The notes under the pieces: model-generated | The model's database searches: none | Seen by the model: the letters and a program-made list of their open reading frames with translations, nothing else | What the model was told of the DNA's origin: nothing | Made by a program: the position numbers and the translations under genes | Source: Marsupella aquatica | Taxonomy: Eukaryota; Plantae; Marchantiophyta | DNA length: 64,000 bases | Assembly (NCBI GenBank): GCA_973895155.1 | Contig: OZ316892.1 | Span: forward strand, 12,836,238 to 12,900,237 | Reading direction: 5' to 3' | Shown: in pieces, positions 1-11,679 of the stretch | Position numbering within the stretch: the first letter of the stretch is position 1 | Layout: each line of letters begins with the position of its first letter

Positions 1-1998
1 CTTAGTTTGCACATAGATGGCCAGGTCTGTCTTCCTGGGCGGACTTCATTTTTCCCCATTCAACGTCTTGACAACTGGATAGACCTTCTTCTCGCTGTCT
101 TTTGTTCTTTGCGAATTTTCCGTGGCTTGGCGGTCGGTGAACGCAAACATCTGCTGTTTACAGAGGGTGTGCTGGTCTTCGTCTGTCACGTTGTTTACAA
201 CATGATGGTCTGACATGTTGACGGTCTTATTGATGTGGTTTGGTACCCATCTCGTGCGATTTTGACCTGATCTTTGAGTTTGTTAGTAGAAGATTCATAC
301 TGATCTTGTTGTCCTTCTGAAGGTGTCATCTCAATGCATTGTTACTTGAATGAACCTTCAGGACTAGGTGGATTTTACATATGTTGGCAGTAAAGTGAAG
401 GTGATTGGAGAAGTTTCTTTTGGCTTTACACCTGTCTCCTAGGTTTTAGCAGTCAAACTTCGAATGATATCCTTCCTTGATAAGTGCACAGTCTGTGGAA
501 TTCTGTGTGCCCTTAACTAGGGTTTGTATTTATTGATAAGAGCACACACAATGACTGCTCGAGGCTTTGTCTTCCTTCCCAGCTCAGACTATACCAGCAA
601 GTGGTTGTAATACGTTATGTCTGATAAGTAAACCTTTCCTGCCTGGAACAATCAATTTACCGGAATTCTTAAAATTAGTTTTCAAAAGGAAAATGTCAGG
701 TGGAATCGGTAGAGGAAAGGACTTATCTTCCGAGCTTGATTTTCTGGACAAGCCAGTTGACAAGAAGGGTGAGATAACTAAAAATGGTCTTCCCTACTCC
801 TGGGTTTAACATTTCAAGGCTATTAACAACTTGAGGGAGTAGCCTTGGCATCCGAGCTTTCTCCCGCCTTGTTCTAGAGCTGATAATCAGGACGAAATAT
901 CAGCCTCTGGAATTTGTTCGTAAGTTTGGTTCCTTGAATGCAGCGAGAGGGGTTCGCTGATGTGGGTAATGTATCTTCATGTAAAACTTTGCCAAAACTT
1001 TACCGGAGTTGGTCGGGAAAGAGTATTCCTGAAAGCAGTAAGTGGGATGGATGTAGTTTCATGGTGTGGCCAAGGTCATCCTTAACAGGTCAAGTGAATT
1101 TACAGCTAAATGTAATGCATTTATAACTACGTTTTGTTTCAATCTTAGAACATCTTGCAGTGGGTTTGTCAGCAAACACTAAGCTAAAGAGCTAGGTTGG
1201 AGTTAGTTGACTCAAGCTTTGGGGAATATAGCTTCTTTTTCGTTCCGGAAAGTCGCCACTGCTGTGTCATAAGTTTTAAGAGTTTCGAGGCAGGATTGCA
1301 GCATGCCCAGCTGAAATGGAGACTAATCTTCAACAGATCAAAGATGTTAGATACCATTGAGTGTCGTTCGATTTAGATGTAAATGAAGCTGAAGTGAGTG
1401 GCGAACAACAATTAGTAATAGTATGTAAAGCTCTACGGGTGTTTGTGCTGAAGTTTTTTGGGAATAACACTATAGTACGTGACAAAACGGAATATCTAAG
1501 AAGTTGACCAGAAGTTGAAGACTAATTCGAAAGACATCGTGGACGGGTTGGCACCATTGAACCGTGCCTTAATCTATCCTGTTGAACGGAAGAAGCAAGT
1601 TTCTGAAGTTGGTTGTTTTGAAATGGAATCCCAACGTTCTATTACTAAATGAAGTAGGACCACACCCAAGCTCTTGGATGAACATCGCTTTGTGGCGTGA
1701 TGGGATGCACTAATGAGGTGTGTTGTAAGGCATATCAGGCCTCAGCAAAGACAGTCACTTAAAGTAGCTTGCAGAGTAGGCGTGGAAGGCATATTTGGAT
1801 CTTGTCAACAATTCCTATGCGAGTAAGAACGCTGGAAGAGCACTGATCAGTAGCATTCTTGGGGACAGATTTTGTGTTTATTTTTTAGTTAAATAATGGG
1901 AAGTCTATCTATCGAAACTACAGAAGGTAGGTGATTCTTCATTCGTGTTGGATCAAGTCCTTTCTGTTCTGTCCATGCAGAGCGCTGCGTTCAAGACC

Positions 1999-3873
1999 AT
2001 GGAAGACACTTCACCCTTAGTGGTCGATGTATCTGTATATTGATGTTCAACTTCAGTTGTGTGGAGAAGGAGTGGGGAATTCCATTTCAGTTGTTTCTGA
2101 GCTGTTTCTGTTTACCTTCTCGTTACACCAGTATCAATGTCACTCTTTCCTACCCACAGGACCTGTCTAATTGACTAATAGTTTACTGAATGTTGTGCAT
2201 CCAGATTGTCTTAACTGAAGCTCAACGAGAGGAAAAGAAGGCAGTTGAAGCTGAACTTGCATTTGCGAAGAGCGAGCTCACGAAGGAGTTTGATCCAATG
2301 AAGTCAAAGGCATTCAAGGAGGAAGTTGTACTCATGGAAAGAAAGCTTGGAGAGCTTTTAGACTCGTTTGAGGTGAGTTTTCAATCTCATGGACTAGTTT
2401 AGACGATCCCTAAACTATCGGGAAATTTTTAGAATTTTTCTTAGTATGTTTTAAGTCCAAGCCTTTCAAGCATACATCGTGTTGGAGTCATTTGTGCTTT
2501 ACTCTTTGAAAACTACCTTCTTGACTACATCAGCAAGACTGCACCTTCGCTTCTACCGGTTTGCATTCTGTCTTCGCATAATCCGTGAAACTTTATTTCT
2601 GATCTGTGTGATTCACAATCACTAACCTAGATGCCCAGTGAATTTATCTGAAGTTAAAGACCTGCTTGTGCCAGTCAGAATTAATCCATAATTCGTAAAA
2701 GTAGACCTACTATAGATTCACTAGGAGAAAACTCTCTGGAACCAAGTTCTCCTTTGTCTTCTCTTTAGGTGATTATCTTGTTCATATATAGTTGCATTTT
2801 GTCACCTCAGTGTATCTCTCTCCTTCAGCATTCGCTTTTGAAAACTCTAATAAGAGATTATCGTCTCCGGTGTATTTGATGCACAAATATGGAGTTGCTA
2901 CCTGTCGGAGGCAGACAGACACCAAATGCATGTCTGCAAGAATTTGCAAGTGTGTGTATCTTTCCTTAATGTCCTGCCTGCACTACTGAGTAATGCGCAA
3001 GGGATGTGTAAAGCAAGACTTTATCAAAGTAATCTGATTCTGCATACCGCTGTGGTGCAGAAATTGGCCGTCCAGGCTGCACAAACAGGTGGAAGACGTG
3101 TACATGAACGGCGTCGGGAGGATGAGCGAACTCCAGCAGCTGCTGCTAATTATGCTGTTGAGGGCCAGGATAATTACAATAACTTTAGTAGAGGCAGAGA
3201 TCGTGATGCTGACAAGGGTGGTTCGTATGGTGACACATGGGGAGCTAAAGGTGGCAGTGCAGCTGGTGCTGGTGCTGGTGCTGCTGGCGGGAGGTTAGGT
3301 GGTTCTCAGTGCTTCAAGTGTGGAGAGGTAATCGTACTTCGCTGCTGCCTAACTCTTCCATGTTGCAAGACAAATTAGTTACGTCTTTCTGCTGCAATTA
3401 CTGTGATAGAGGAGGATGTGCATGTTTACTGCCTGGCCAGAAGTAGTTATTGATATTCATTTCTTGATGACCTTTAGATGGGCCACTTCTCCCGAGAATG
3501 TCCAACTGCTGGAGGAGGAGCTGGTGCTGGAAGGGGAAACTACGGCAGTTATTATGGTGGAGGCGGTGGACGAGGTGGTGGCCGTCAATGCTATACCTGT
3601 GGTCAAGAGGGTCATTTCTCTAGGGAGTGTCCTCAGAGCGGGGGGACTTATGGCGGCTCCCGTGGGGGTTCCTATGCTGGTAACAGTTATGGTGGAACAT
3701 ACAGTGGAGGTTATGGTGCTCCAGAGTTTGAAGGTGGTTCTTATAGCCCCGGCAAGCAGGGGGGCGGCTATTCTGCTGGAGGAGGTTATGATGACCGTTA
3801 TGGTTCTGGGGGTGCACCTGGGCGGTCCGGAAGCTACTCAACTGGTAGTAGATGGGATGGCTATGGGAATTGA
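1999..3873 (+). CDS. Coiled-coil plus glycine-rich protein with two CCHC zinc knuckles (putative RNA-binding protein), ~286 aa from ATG 1999
   Basis: Phase-consistent GT-AG exons 1999-2028, 2205-2372, 3061-3327 and 3478-3873. Knuckle 1 (CFKCGE|MGHFSREC) is split by an intron; knuckle 2 is [14 protein letters not shown]; the tail is RGG/GGY-rich. The start (accATGg) is uncertain because upstream exons may exist (e.g. 693-768). Confidence 0.8.
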
Positions 3874-5497
3874 CCAAGTCAGGCCTAAGTTATATTGGAA
3901 TCCGAGTACTGTGGACCGAAAAGAATGTACAGGTGTATGTTTATAGATAGGGGCCTACAGAATCAGGGACCCATCCCTCATTTTTGTACCCATGGTAGTT
4001 ATTGCTGGGATTTTATCTATGGAATGTACCCTCACAGATTGTGTGTGCACAGTGGTGTCAGGACTGCGTTATTGTCTGGGTTAATCCATGTACTGTACCA
4101 ACTGGTGTAGGATTTATTTGTAAAATCAAAGTAGTAAGAAATTCTAGGAGTTGGGGTGGGACTGCCGAAATGGACCGATCTTAAATTACCGATTTATCTC
4201 AACTATCAAGCACAGGGAACGAGTAGGAGTAGACATTCACTTGAACGAAGGATGCAGAAAAAGACCACGCCAAGAGATCGACAACCCTAATCACAGTCAA
4301 GATCAGAATTAACAGTCTGAATGCCAACTAATTTTTTTTCTATCCGGATAGACGAATGAACAGCCATGGATTGGAGTAATGTATGCAAATAACAGAGTCA
4401 AGGTTAGAGCCGACAGAGTTAATCAATTGCTTTCACGAATTTATAATGCTTGCCTTATAAATTCTGTCCTTGCTGGGCTCCTCGTCCACTTACAGCACTA
4501 TCATAAGCAATGAACGAACCAGCCTAGTACCATAAGACGTAAAAGAACCCAAGGCCTGCGTGACGACCTCCAGGAGTAGGTATACTTGCAGTGAGTATTG
4601 GGGTTTACTCATCTGTCTGTTCTTACTTCAATGTCTGCCTTAGGAAATTGAAGGAGAACGGGCCAACAAAGTACTCCCAAAGAGGAAGTAGGGAGTGTCG
4701 CAAGCGAAACTAAAATCACACGCGGAACTTTCTACGTGATAAGAAATTGCTTATCTTAATTAGTTACTTGCACTCATCAACTGCTTTAGTATTACTTGCG
4801 CTGACCGACACTTATCAACTTGCCAGCACCCGCTTAGATTGACATTCAATGCACTTTGGGGAATTGGCAAGGGTTGAGTGCTCATGACTGCAAAGTTTCT
4901 AATTGGCTGAATTGCTTTTCTTTTTGTTTGAAGGTTTGGCCGACCTCTATGCCGAGTTGGCAGGATCATTTTAATTTTGTGTGGAACATTTGATTGGTTA
5001 CCAAAATGGTTTCACGTATACAATAGGGCATCTCAAACTTTGCGTTGCTGCTTCCAGTCGCGGTCAGAGACGAAATCCCGGGAAAAAAGTGGCGGACACG
5101 AAAATCCGTGTCCGCACACTGCTGAACCGTGACCGAAACTACTAGTTTCGGGCCTCTCTTTTTCCCTGCGACTCGAAGGATTGAGACTCCCTAATATATG
5201 ACCCATGGCTTAGTTTCCTGTAAGATGAGATCAACGGGTTGCAAACCTCTTGTCCCCCAAATTGTAGAGGGCACTTGAAAGATTGTATGTTATTTGATGA
5301 TTACAAAATTAATTTCAGCAGGCCTGTTCTTTGGAAGGCCTTGATAACAGGAATGCATTGAGATATGTAACGGATCGCAATCTTTGAGATCATGAAATTC
5401 AGGCCGTCCACTTCACTTGGATTTACTCAGTCTTAGCTTTGAGAGTGGCCTCTGACAGCAATTATGGTACTCCGAAAAGTGTGCCCACTACACAGAT

Positions 5498-8036
5498 TTA
5501 AGTTTCCTCCTCATGACTGATGAAAGGGTTGATACGTGGTGATGGGATTGATGACCTCATGAGATTGCTAGATTGTTGAGTGGCTGACCACATGAAGGAT
5601 GGGGTCATGACCCCTGAAGAAGTCCCCACGTTTGTATAGATTTCTTGTACCATTGCATCTGGTTCACCAAAGTCATTCTTGCAGTTGACAACATAGCCAA
5701 CAACCATATCAACAACCTGGAGCAACAACACAAAATTAATACCGATGTGAGGATATCAGTTTCAAACGGGCTATAAAGTTAGAACAACGCCACAGTGTTT
5801 GCTTTTCTACAGAGAGTCATATCTTGTTGGTTTGTTTGGACAATATGGTTCTGGCTAGATGACTTCATTATTCTGGAGGTTGGAGTAGTCTTATCGACCA
5901 GGTGGAGGCTACTTTTTGGTCGCTTCAAACAATCCCCAGATTTGATCGAAGCTTATCATGACCAATAGCTCAAACTTTGTCTGCCTCTGACAATCCCAAG
6001 ATCTTATCTAAAATTGTTGTTTAAGCGTTAGCCAAAGAGGACCAAAATTCCCCACTAGTCAATGTGGCACCCAGCCGGAACTACCAGTTTCTTTACAACG
6101 AGTTCTACGATAGAGAATGAGTCACAGCAGAGATGAAGATGGGAACGGACCAACCTCATTTGCAGCTCTGCTTGCAGCATTTCTTAGTGATTGGAGCTTT
6201 ATAAAGGATTGCCCTTCAATCCGCTTGGCAAGAGCTCCCGCATCCCCAGTTGCCTGATTGAAGTAAATAAGATCAAACAAGGGGCTCAGAGTTTGCTTGG
6301 CATCTAGCTCATCAATCTGACCCTAAACTCTAAACTCAATTTTGTCACATACCGAAAAGTTGCCATTTCACAGTTCTACAAAATATTGTTTGTGGCTCAC
6401 GGTAGTTACCTTCGTCAAGAAAGGAGTTGAACATTCTTGAAGACTCAGATATGGAACATAGTTTAGGATTTGGCAGGGGAGGCATTGGACTAAGTAGGAT
6501 GAGGTCTAATTGACATGATCCACCTCTGTCAGCTTTCTTCGAAACTCTGTTTCTCGCTTTGCCCGGTATCGTGATGCTTCTCGAGCGGCCTCCTCCTTGA
6601 CTTGCCGCAACCTGGAAGCCTTGTCTGGCAACAAACGAAACAAAATTACACAACAAAGAGCAGTGAACTTTCTTTCCTATTGAAGAGATTGCTTTGCCAT
6701 ACGACTAAGAAAGTCAGTTTTGAGAAGAGAACCAGACTTAAGGAACAACAACTATCTGTGCCTCACCTTTGACCTAGAGACCCGTATGCATTTTTCATAA
6801 TAGCAATTCTCCACAGTAGCTCTTCAAGAGCTTCGACTTTTAGTTTGAATTGTAGAGTACAGTGAACCCTCTATCACCCATGCTTGAAGTACTGCTTTGT
6901 TACCGGAAATGCATGACAGAGCAGCTCGTCTTGATGCAAACAAGAGGCTAGGTTTCATGGACACGTTCTAACTCGCCCAGAATGTACAGGTCATTCCCTA
7001 CGCCACTGTTCACAATACTCAAACCTAGATGATGACGCAATCTGCATCATCATGACTATCTCCCATATACTTTTCAAATCTGGTTCCTAAATCGCTCAAA
7101 TCACATTGATCCGTGCTTAAGAGAGTGCAAATTCAACAACCAGCGGTGCCTCATATTATCCTTCAAGCTAGATATTTCGCCAAGAAAAGAGAGGAGGGTA
7201 TGGCACTATTTACTAGACCGGGCGGTGTTGATGATAAGCTGCGCGCTCTGTTCAGCATCCAAGAGCGCATCGACTCCGGCCAGGTCGTCATGTGCTCTAC
7301 GTCGGGAATCCAGCTCTGCTAAGTAGTTATCTGCCTAAAGTGAAGTTTTTCCTCAATTCCTAGAAAGCTTCTCTTCGCCTGTTACAGGATACATACAATC
7401 TTAAGCACCTTAGGATAAGAATCTCTGAACTGCTGGGAGAAAATGTGTCTTCGACCATAAGGCCATGAGGGTGTGACCCCAACCAAGCAGATGTGGAATC
7501 ATGAGAGGTGAAATGACTGTGATAAGCGGCCCTAATGAAAAAAATGTTGGGAAGCCTGGACAGAAAGACCGTCTCCTCCTTTGAACTCTAATCGCGCCAA
7601 GATTTTATTGACAGTCAAGCAATATGCACTATAACGGTTTGTGGCATACTTGCTTCAATTGACATTACTTTGCCTCTTCCTGTTCATAAAATTCAACCCT
7701 AACCAGATCAAGGACTTGGATGTCAACGTGTCTACTCAGTATTTCCTGAATTCTCTATATGGATCCCTGTTAATGTTCCTCTGACAGCCCATCTCTCATG
7801 ATTTCTTGTGCTGAATTCTGTCGACCACTTTCCCAATTAAAATCCCTCTATCTCACCCATTAAAATTAAGATCGATGCATAAGATCCAAAGCATATCAAA
7901 CAAAAAATCCAGATGACATAATGCTAGTTAAAGCCCTCCTGTCCCAGGCATTCTACCAACCTGGAAATCCCTTGCGCTGAAAGCACGTTATTTCCATTTA
8001 GGACAATGCCCTCATGGGAGGGGTTACCTCACGCAT
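5498..8036 (-). CDS. VHA-G: V-type proton ATPase subunit G-like protein, divergent, with N- and C-terminal extensions (~182 aa)
   Basis: Minus-strand exons 8036-8028 (MRE, tentative), 7334-7214 (ADNYLAELDSRRRAHDDLAGVDALLDAEQSAQLIINTARS), 6624-6524 (NKASRLRQVKEEAAREASRYRAKRETEFRRKLTE), 6253-6155 (ATGDAGALAKRIEGQSFIKLQSLRNAASRAANE) and 5716-5498 (VVDMVVGYVVNCKN...). All are GT-AG and in phase. The protein follows the subunit G pattern GIQQLLAAE-A--IV--AR--K--RL-QAKEEA...SGDSGA--KRLE...VV-MLL--V--VKN. Confidence 0.8.
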
Positions 8037-8743
8037 TCAATCACCAGTTGAGTACAGTAACGTAGTTCTGAACGTCTTTTTGAAGAAATTGCACTTCAAT
8101 TGTGTGATACGACGACTATAGTAGACTCGTACAAGTTAAGTGGACATTACAATGAAAGTCAAAATGAGTACAAGCTAAGTTTGGTCGGACTAAAAAGGAT
8201 TTGAAATCAGTCCATCTGCCCTAGCTTCTGAACACATGACATCAAATTGAGTTGCCCCAACTTTAGAAAATAAATTGAATTGAATTGAGTAGCTACGGCT
8301 TCATAAATTGAATCTAGTTGCTATCATTTGAAAGTAAACATTGCATTGTGATCTTGGACTAATGAAATCCATCGCTTTGTCATGGTCACCTTAATTAATA
8401 TCGTTGCATATCAAGCACGCATGGCTCCCCTACAGATTGGAATCAGGTGGAATCATATCAAATTTACAACGAAGTCCACTCGAACTGACAAAATTCCAAA
8501 ATGACAGTGCATGCTTTATCAGATCTTACCTGTTGTTCAAACCCAACTGAAATTGCTGGGGAAAGTTATTCAGTTGCCGAATTTTGATGATTCATAAGGT
8601 TACGTTGAATCCCTGTTTTGCTCCTTGCCCAAGCCTTGATCGTTAACATAAACACATAACTGTTGCGGCAATTTCAAAACGGCACACACTGGTCTGGCGA
8701 CAAGTCACTTCGCCTTGCGCAATTCTCACTTCTCACTCGTCCC

Positions 8744-8922
8744 CATTTTCTCCCATTCCCATTCATACATATCGGGTTCACTCTAAGCTTTTCACACATC
8801 ACTATGGGCCTAAGTTGCTCATTGACGTTTTCACATTTTCTCCCATTCCCATTCATACATATTGGGTTCACTCTACGCTTTTCATACATCACTATGGGCC
8901 TAAGGTGCTCATTGACGTTTTC
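8744..8922. repeat. Tandem duplication, 90-bp unit x2
   Basis: cattttctcccattcccattcatacatat...gctcattgacgttttc starts at 8744 and again at 8834. Confidence 0.9.
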
Positions 8923-9548
8923 TAATTGCTATTCTAACATTCTTTCGACCTAAAATGTTTGCACTGCTGGTCTCCGGAAGAAAGTTCTGACATGTCAACA
9001 ACAAGGTCAATTAAGATGATCTTTTATGTTTCAGAGTTTGCTTCACCTCAGTAGCTCCAAGAAACAATTTAAATTTACACTATGAAACTTCACTAATTGT
9101 AGAAAACTCCACTCCGTATAAGACATTTTGTTGGCTGCAGGAGCTGGGGCAAATGGAAGGGGCAGAAAAATTTCCTGGAGGATCCATCTTGGTAGGCTAG
9201 ATGTACAGACGAGTGGAAGAGGTGAGATACTCTTCTGTACATTTTGGGGGCTCTTTACTCCCATAGTTTCCTTTGGGGATAGTGTGCTCTTTCCTTGCTT
9301 TACGGATCATAAGATTCAATTTCTTAGGTACACAATTGCCTTCCCCAGACTAATCTTTATTTTTCAATTAGTATGCACCATACTTATTCTTGATAACCCA
9401 AAGGTATTGTGGACATTCTTAATTACCCGTAGGTACTGTTTGGACACACCTTTCCCTACTTCTGGGAATCACCTTAAAATATCCAAAAGGTACACTCCGT
9501 TTTTGAAAGCCTGTATTGTAAACTCTCTCTTACACTTTCATGTGAGTT

Positions 9549-10170
9549 CTTATTACTAATAAATTGTAATGAGAAATTAGAGTTTGGGTCTAGATTCTAG
9601 AGTGAAACCTCCTGACCACTCTAGGGTCCCACCAAAATTTATGTGCATGGAAAGAAGTGAATTCCTATTACTAATAAATTGCAATGAGAAATTAAAGTTG
9701 GGGTCTAGGTTCTAGAGTGAAATGTCCTGACCACTCTAGGGTCCCACCAAAATTTATGTGGATGGAAAGAAATGAGTTCCTATTACTAAAAAATTGCAAT
9801 GAGAAATTAGAGTTGGGGTCTAGGTTCTAGAGTGAAACCTCCTGACCACTCTAAGGTCCCACCAAAATTTATGTGGATGGAAAGAAATGAGTTCCTATTA
9901 CTAAAAAATTGCAATGAGAAATTAGAGTTGGGGTCTAGGTTCTAGAGTGAAACCTCCTGACCACTCTAGGGTCCCACCAAAATTTATGTGGATGGAAAGA
10001 ACCATGAGATAGTATATATGTCAAAATGAGATCATGCATCATGACTCTAGGGTCCCACCAAAATTTATGTGGATAAAAAGAATCATAAGATCTTATGTAT
10101 GTCAAAATGGTAATTTTGGTGATAGAAAGAACCATAAGATCTTATGTATGTCAAAATGGTAATCATGCAT
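9549..10170. repeat. Tandem array of a 115-bp unit (~4 copies plus partial copies) derived from a dispersed repeat
   Basis: tattactaa...ctagagtgaaacctcctgaccactctagggtcccaccaaaatttatgtggatggaaagaa recurs at 9551, 9666, 9781 and 9896. Related single copies lie at ~19330-19530 (-), ~31190-31385 (-) and ~36530-36690 (+). Confidence 0.9.
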
Positions 10171-11679
10171 CTGATATCATTTTTATTAATATTCAAAAAT
10201 GGGCATTAATATTCAAAAAAAGTGCATTCTGGCTCGTATAACACTATTGTCAGCCATTAATGGCACTCCCTGGATCCCTATAAGAGTACCTTTTCAGAGA
10301 GGGCAGATAAATTTTAAGCTGTAGAGCAAAACTACGACCCCAGAGTTTACTTCTCCAGCTAACGTCCACTCGACTGCATGGGTTTGCTTGGTCGATTGGG
10401 GGACGAAGAATTGAATTTCCCCACACTCTGCGTCAAAGCATGTTTTGTCACCTTCTAATAACATTGACGAAATTGCGGTTTTAGAATTGTCGTACGCTTA
10501 AACCGTCAAGTTCACGGGAATAAACCCTCCAGTACATACGTGGAGCACGGCACAGCAGTACTGTCCTCTAAATCAGATTAACAAAGGACCTCACAGCTGG
10601 TGACATCTTTGTCAAGTAGTCATTGTCGAGTATAGCTGTCTCGGTTACTGTGCGTCCCCAAACTGTACCGCAAAAATTGCGAAGCCCAGGAGGTATAATC
10701 TCCAGTTTATTTCCACTGCCTTCATCTCAAGACGACTACAAGACGACTACTGGAGTCGACAGTGGGTTCTCCCACAGTTCCGACAGCAAGCAACAGACTA
10801 ATCCACACGACAAGGTATTTAAAATAACCTTCCTTCCTACCAGGCACTGTAAATGGAGATGGTACCGAGAAGTTTTGTAACATCTCCAAATTGCCGCCAA
10901 GGGGACATCATGATTTTTACATTATACTGCACCATACTGGCTCGTGAGGGTCCTAATCTCTGGCTGTACTGACGCCACACATATTCATTTCGTTATTCAA
11001 TCGGTTTTACTCTCTGTCTACACTCGGATCAAATTGGTTTGCTCTCGAGCCGCCTTACGAGGAGGTTTATTCGCATGAGAAAAATACAACTAGAGAACTG
11101 CATTCAGGATATCTATTTCAGAAACGAACGAAAAACCAACGACTTGGTTCCCTGTAACATGTTACCAAAAGTCCCCAAAGAAAGCTTCCCTCGATATCCT
11201 ACTAATTCTACATATAGCACGTTTAAAGAGATTACGTGCGGGTTTTACTCAGGTGACTGCCGAGGGCTTTTTAGTAGCGTCTATCCACCCAGAAAATCTG
11301 GAAGACTGCCCATATCCTTGAAGGACTTGAAAACATTACAGGATGTCGGGCTGTACATACTAACACTCCTATTCACGTTATAAATCACAACTGGCATTGA
11401 GCAACAGAAGCTCGAAAAATTAGCAATTTATCTTTATATCCAACTACCTTCGTACTGAGTTCCATCTACAGATTCACAAGCTATTGTGTAATAAAAACTA
11501 GGGAAAATAAAAATGGGATTGGATTTACAAAGTATAGTCACATCTCTGATTCCAAAGAGAATTTTGCCTACCGTTAAGTTGAAATGCTATGTAAACCTAG
11601 CTAACGAGAATTACAAGGATCATCTTGTAGGAGAGTTCGTTACACTTCCCTCGAGTATCTCTGACTCGAGTCAGTCAGT

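Noticed and set aside
2029-2036. Possible U12-type donor (GTATCTGT)
   Set aside because: It deviates from the strict RTATCCTT consensus and no clear TCCTTAAC branch point is present.
6768-6774. 7-nt microexon candidate for subunit G
   Set aside because: The acceptor at 6624 already gives the expected ARSNKASRLRQ spacing without it.
9549-10000. CRISPR-like array
   Set aside because: Whole 115-bp units repeat with no unique spacers, the context is eukaryotic, and there are no cas genes.
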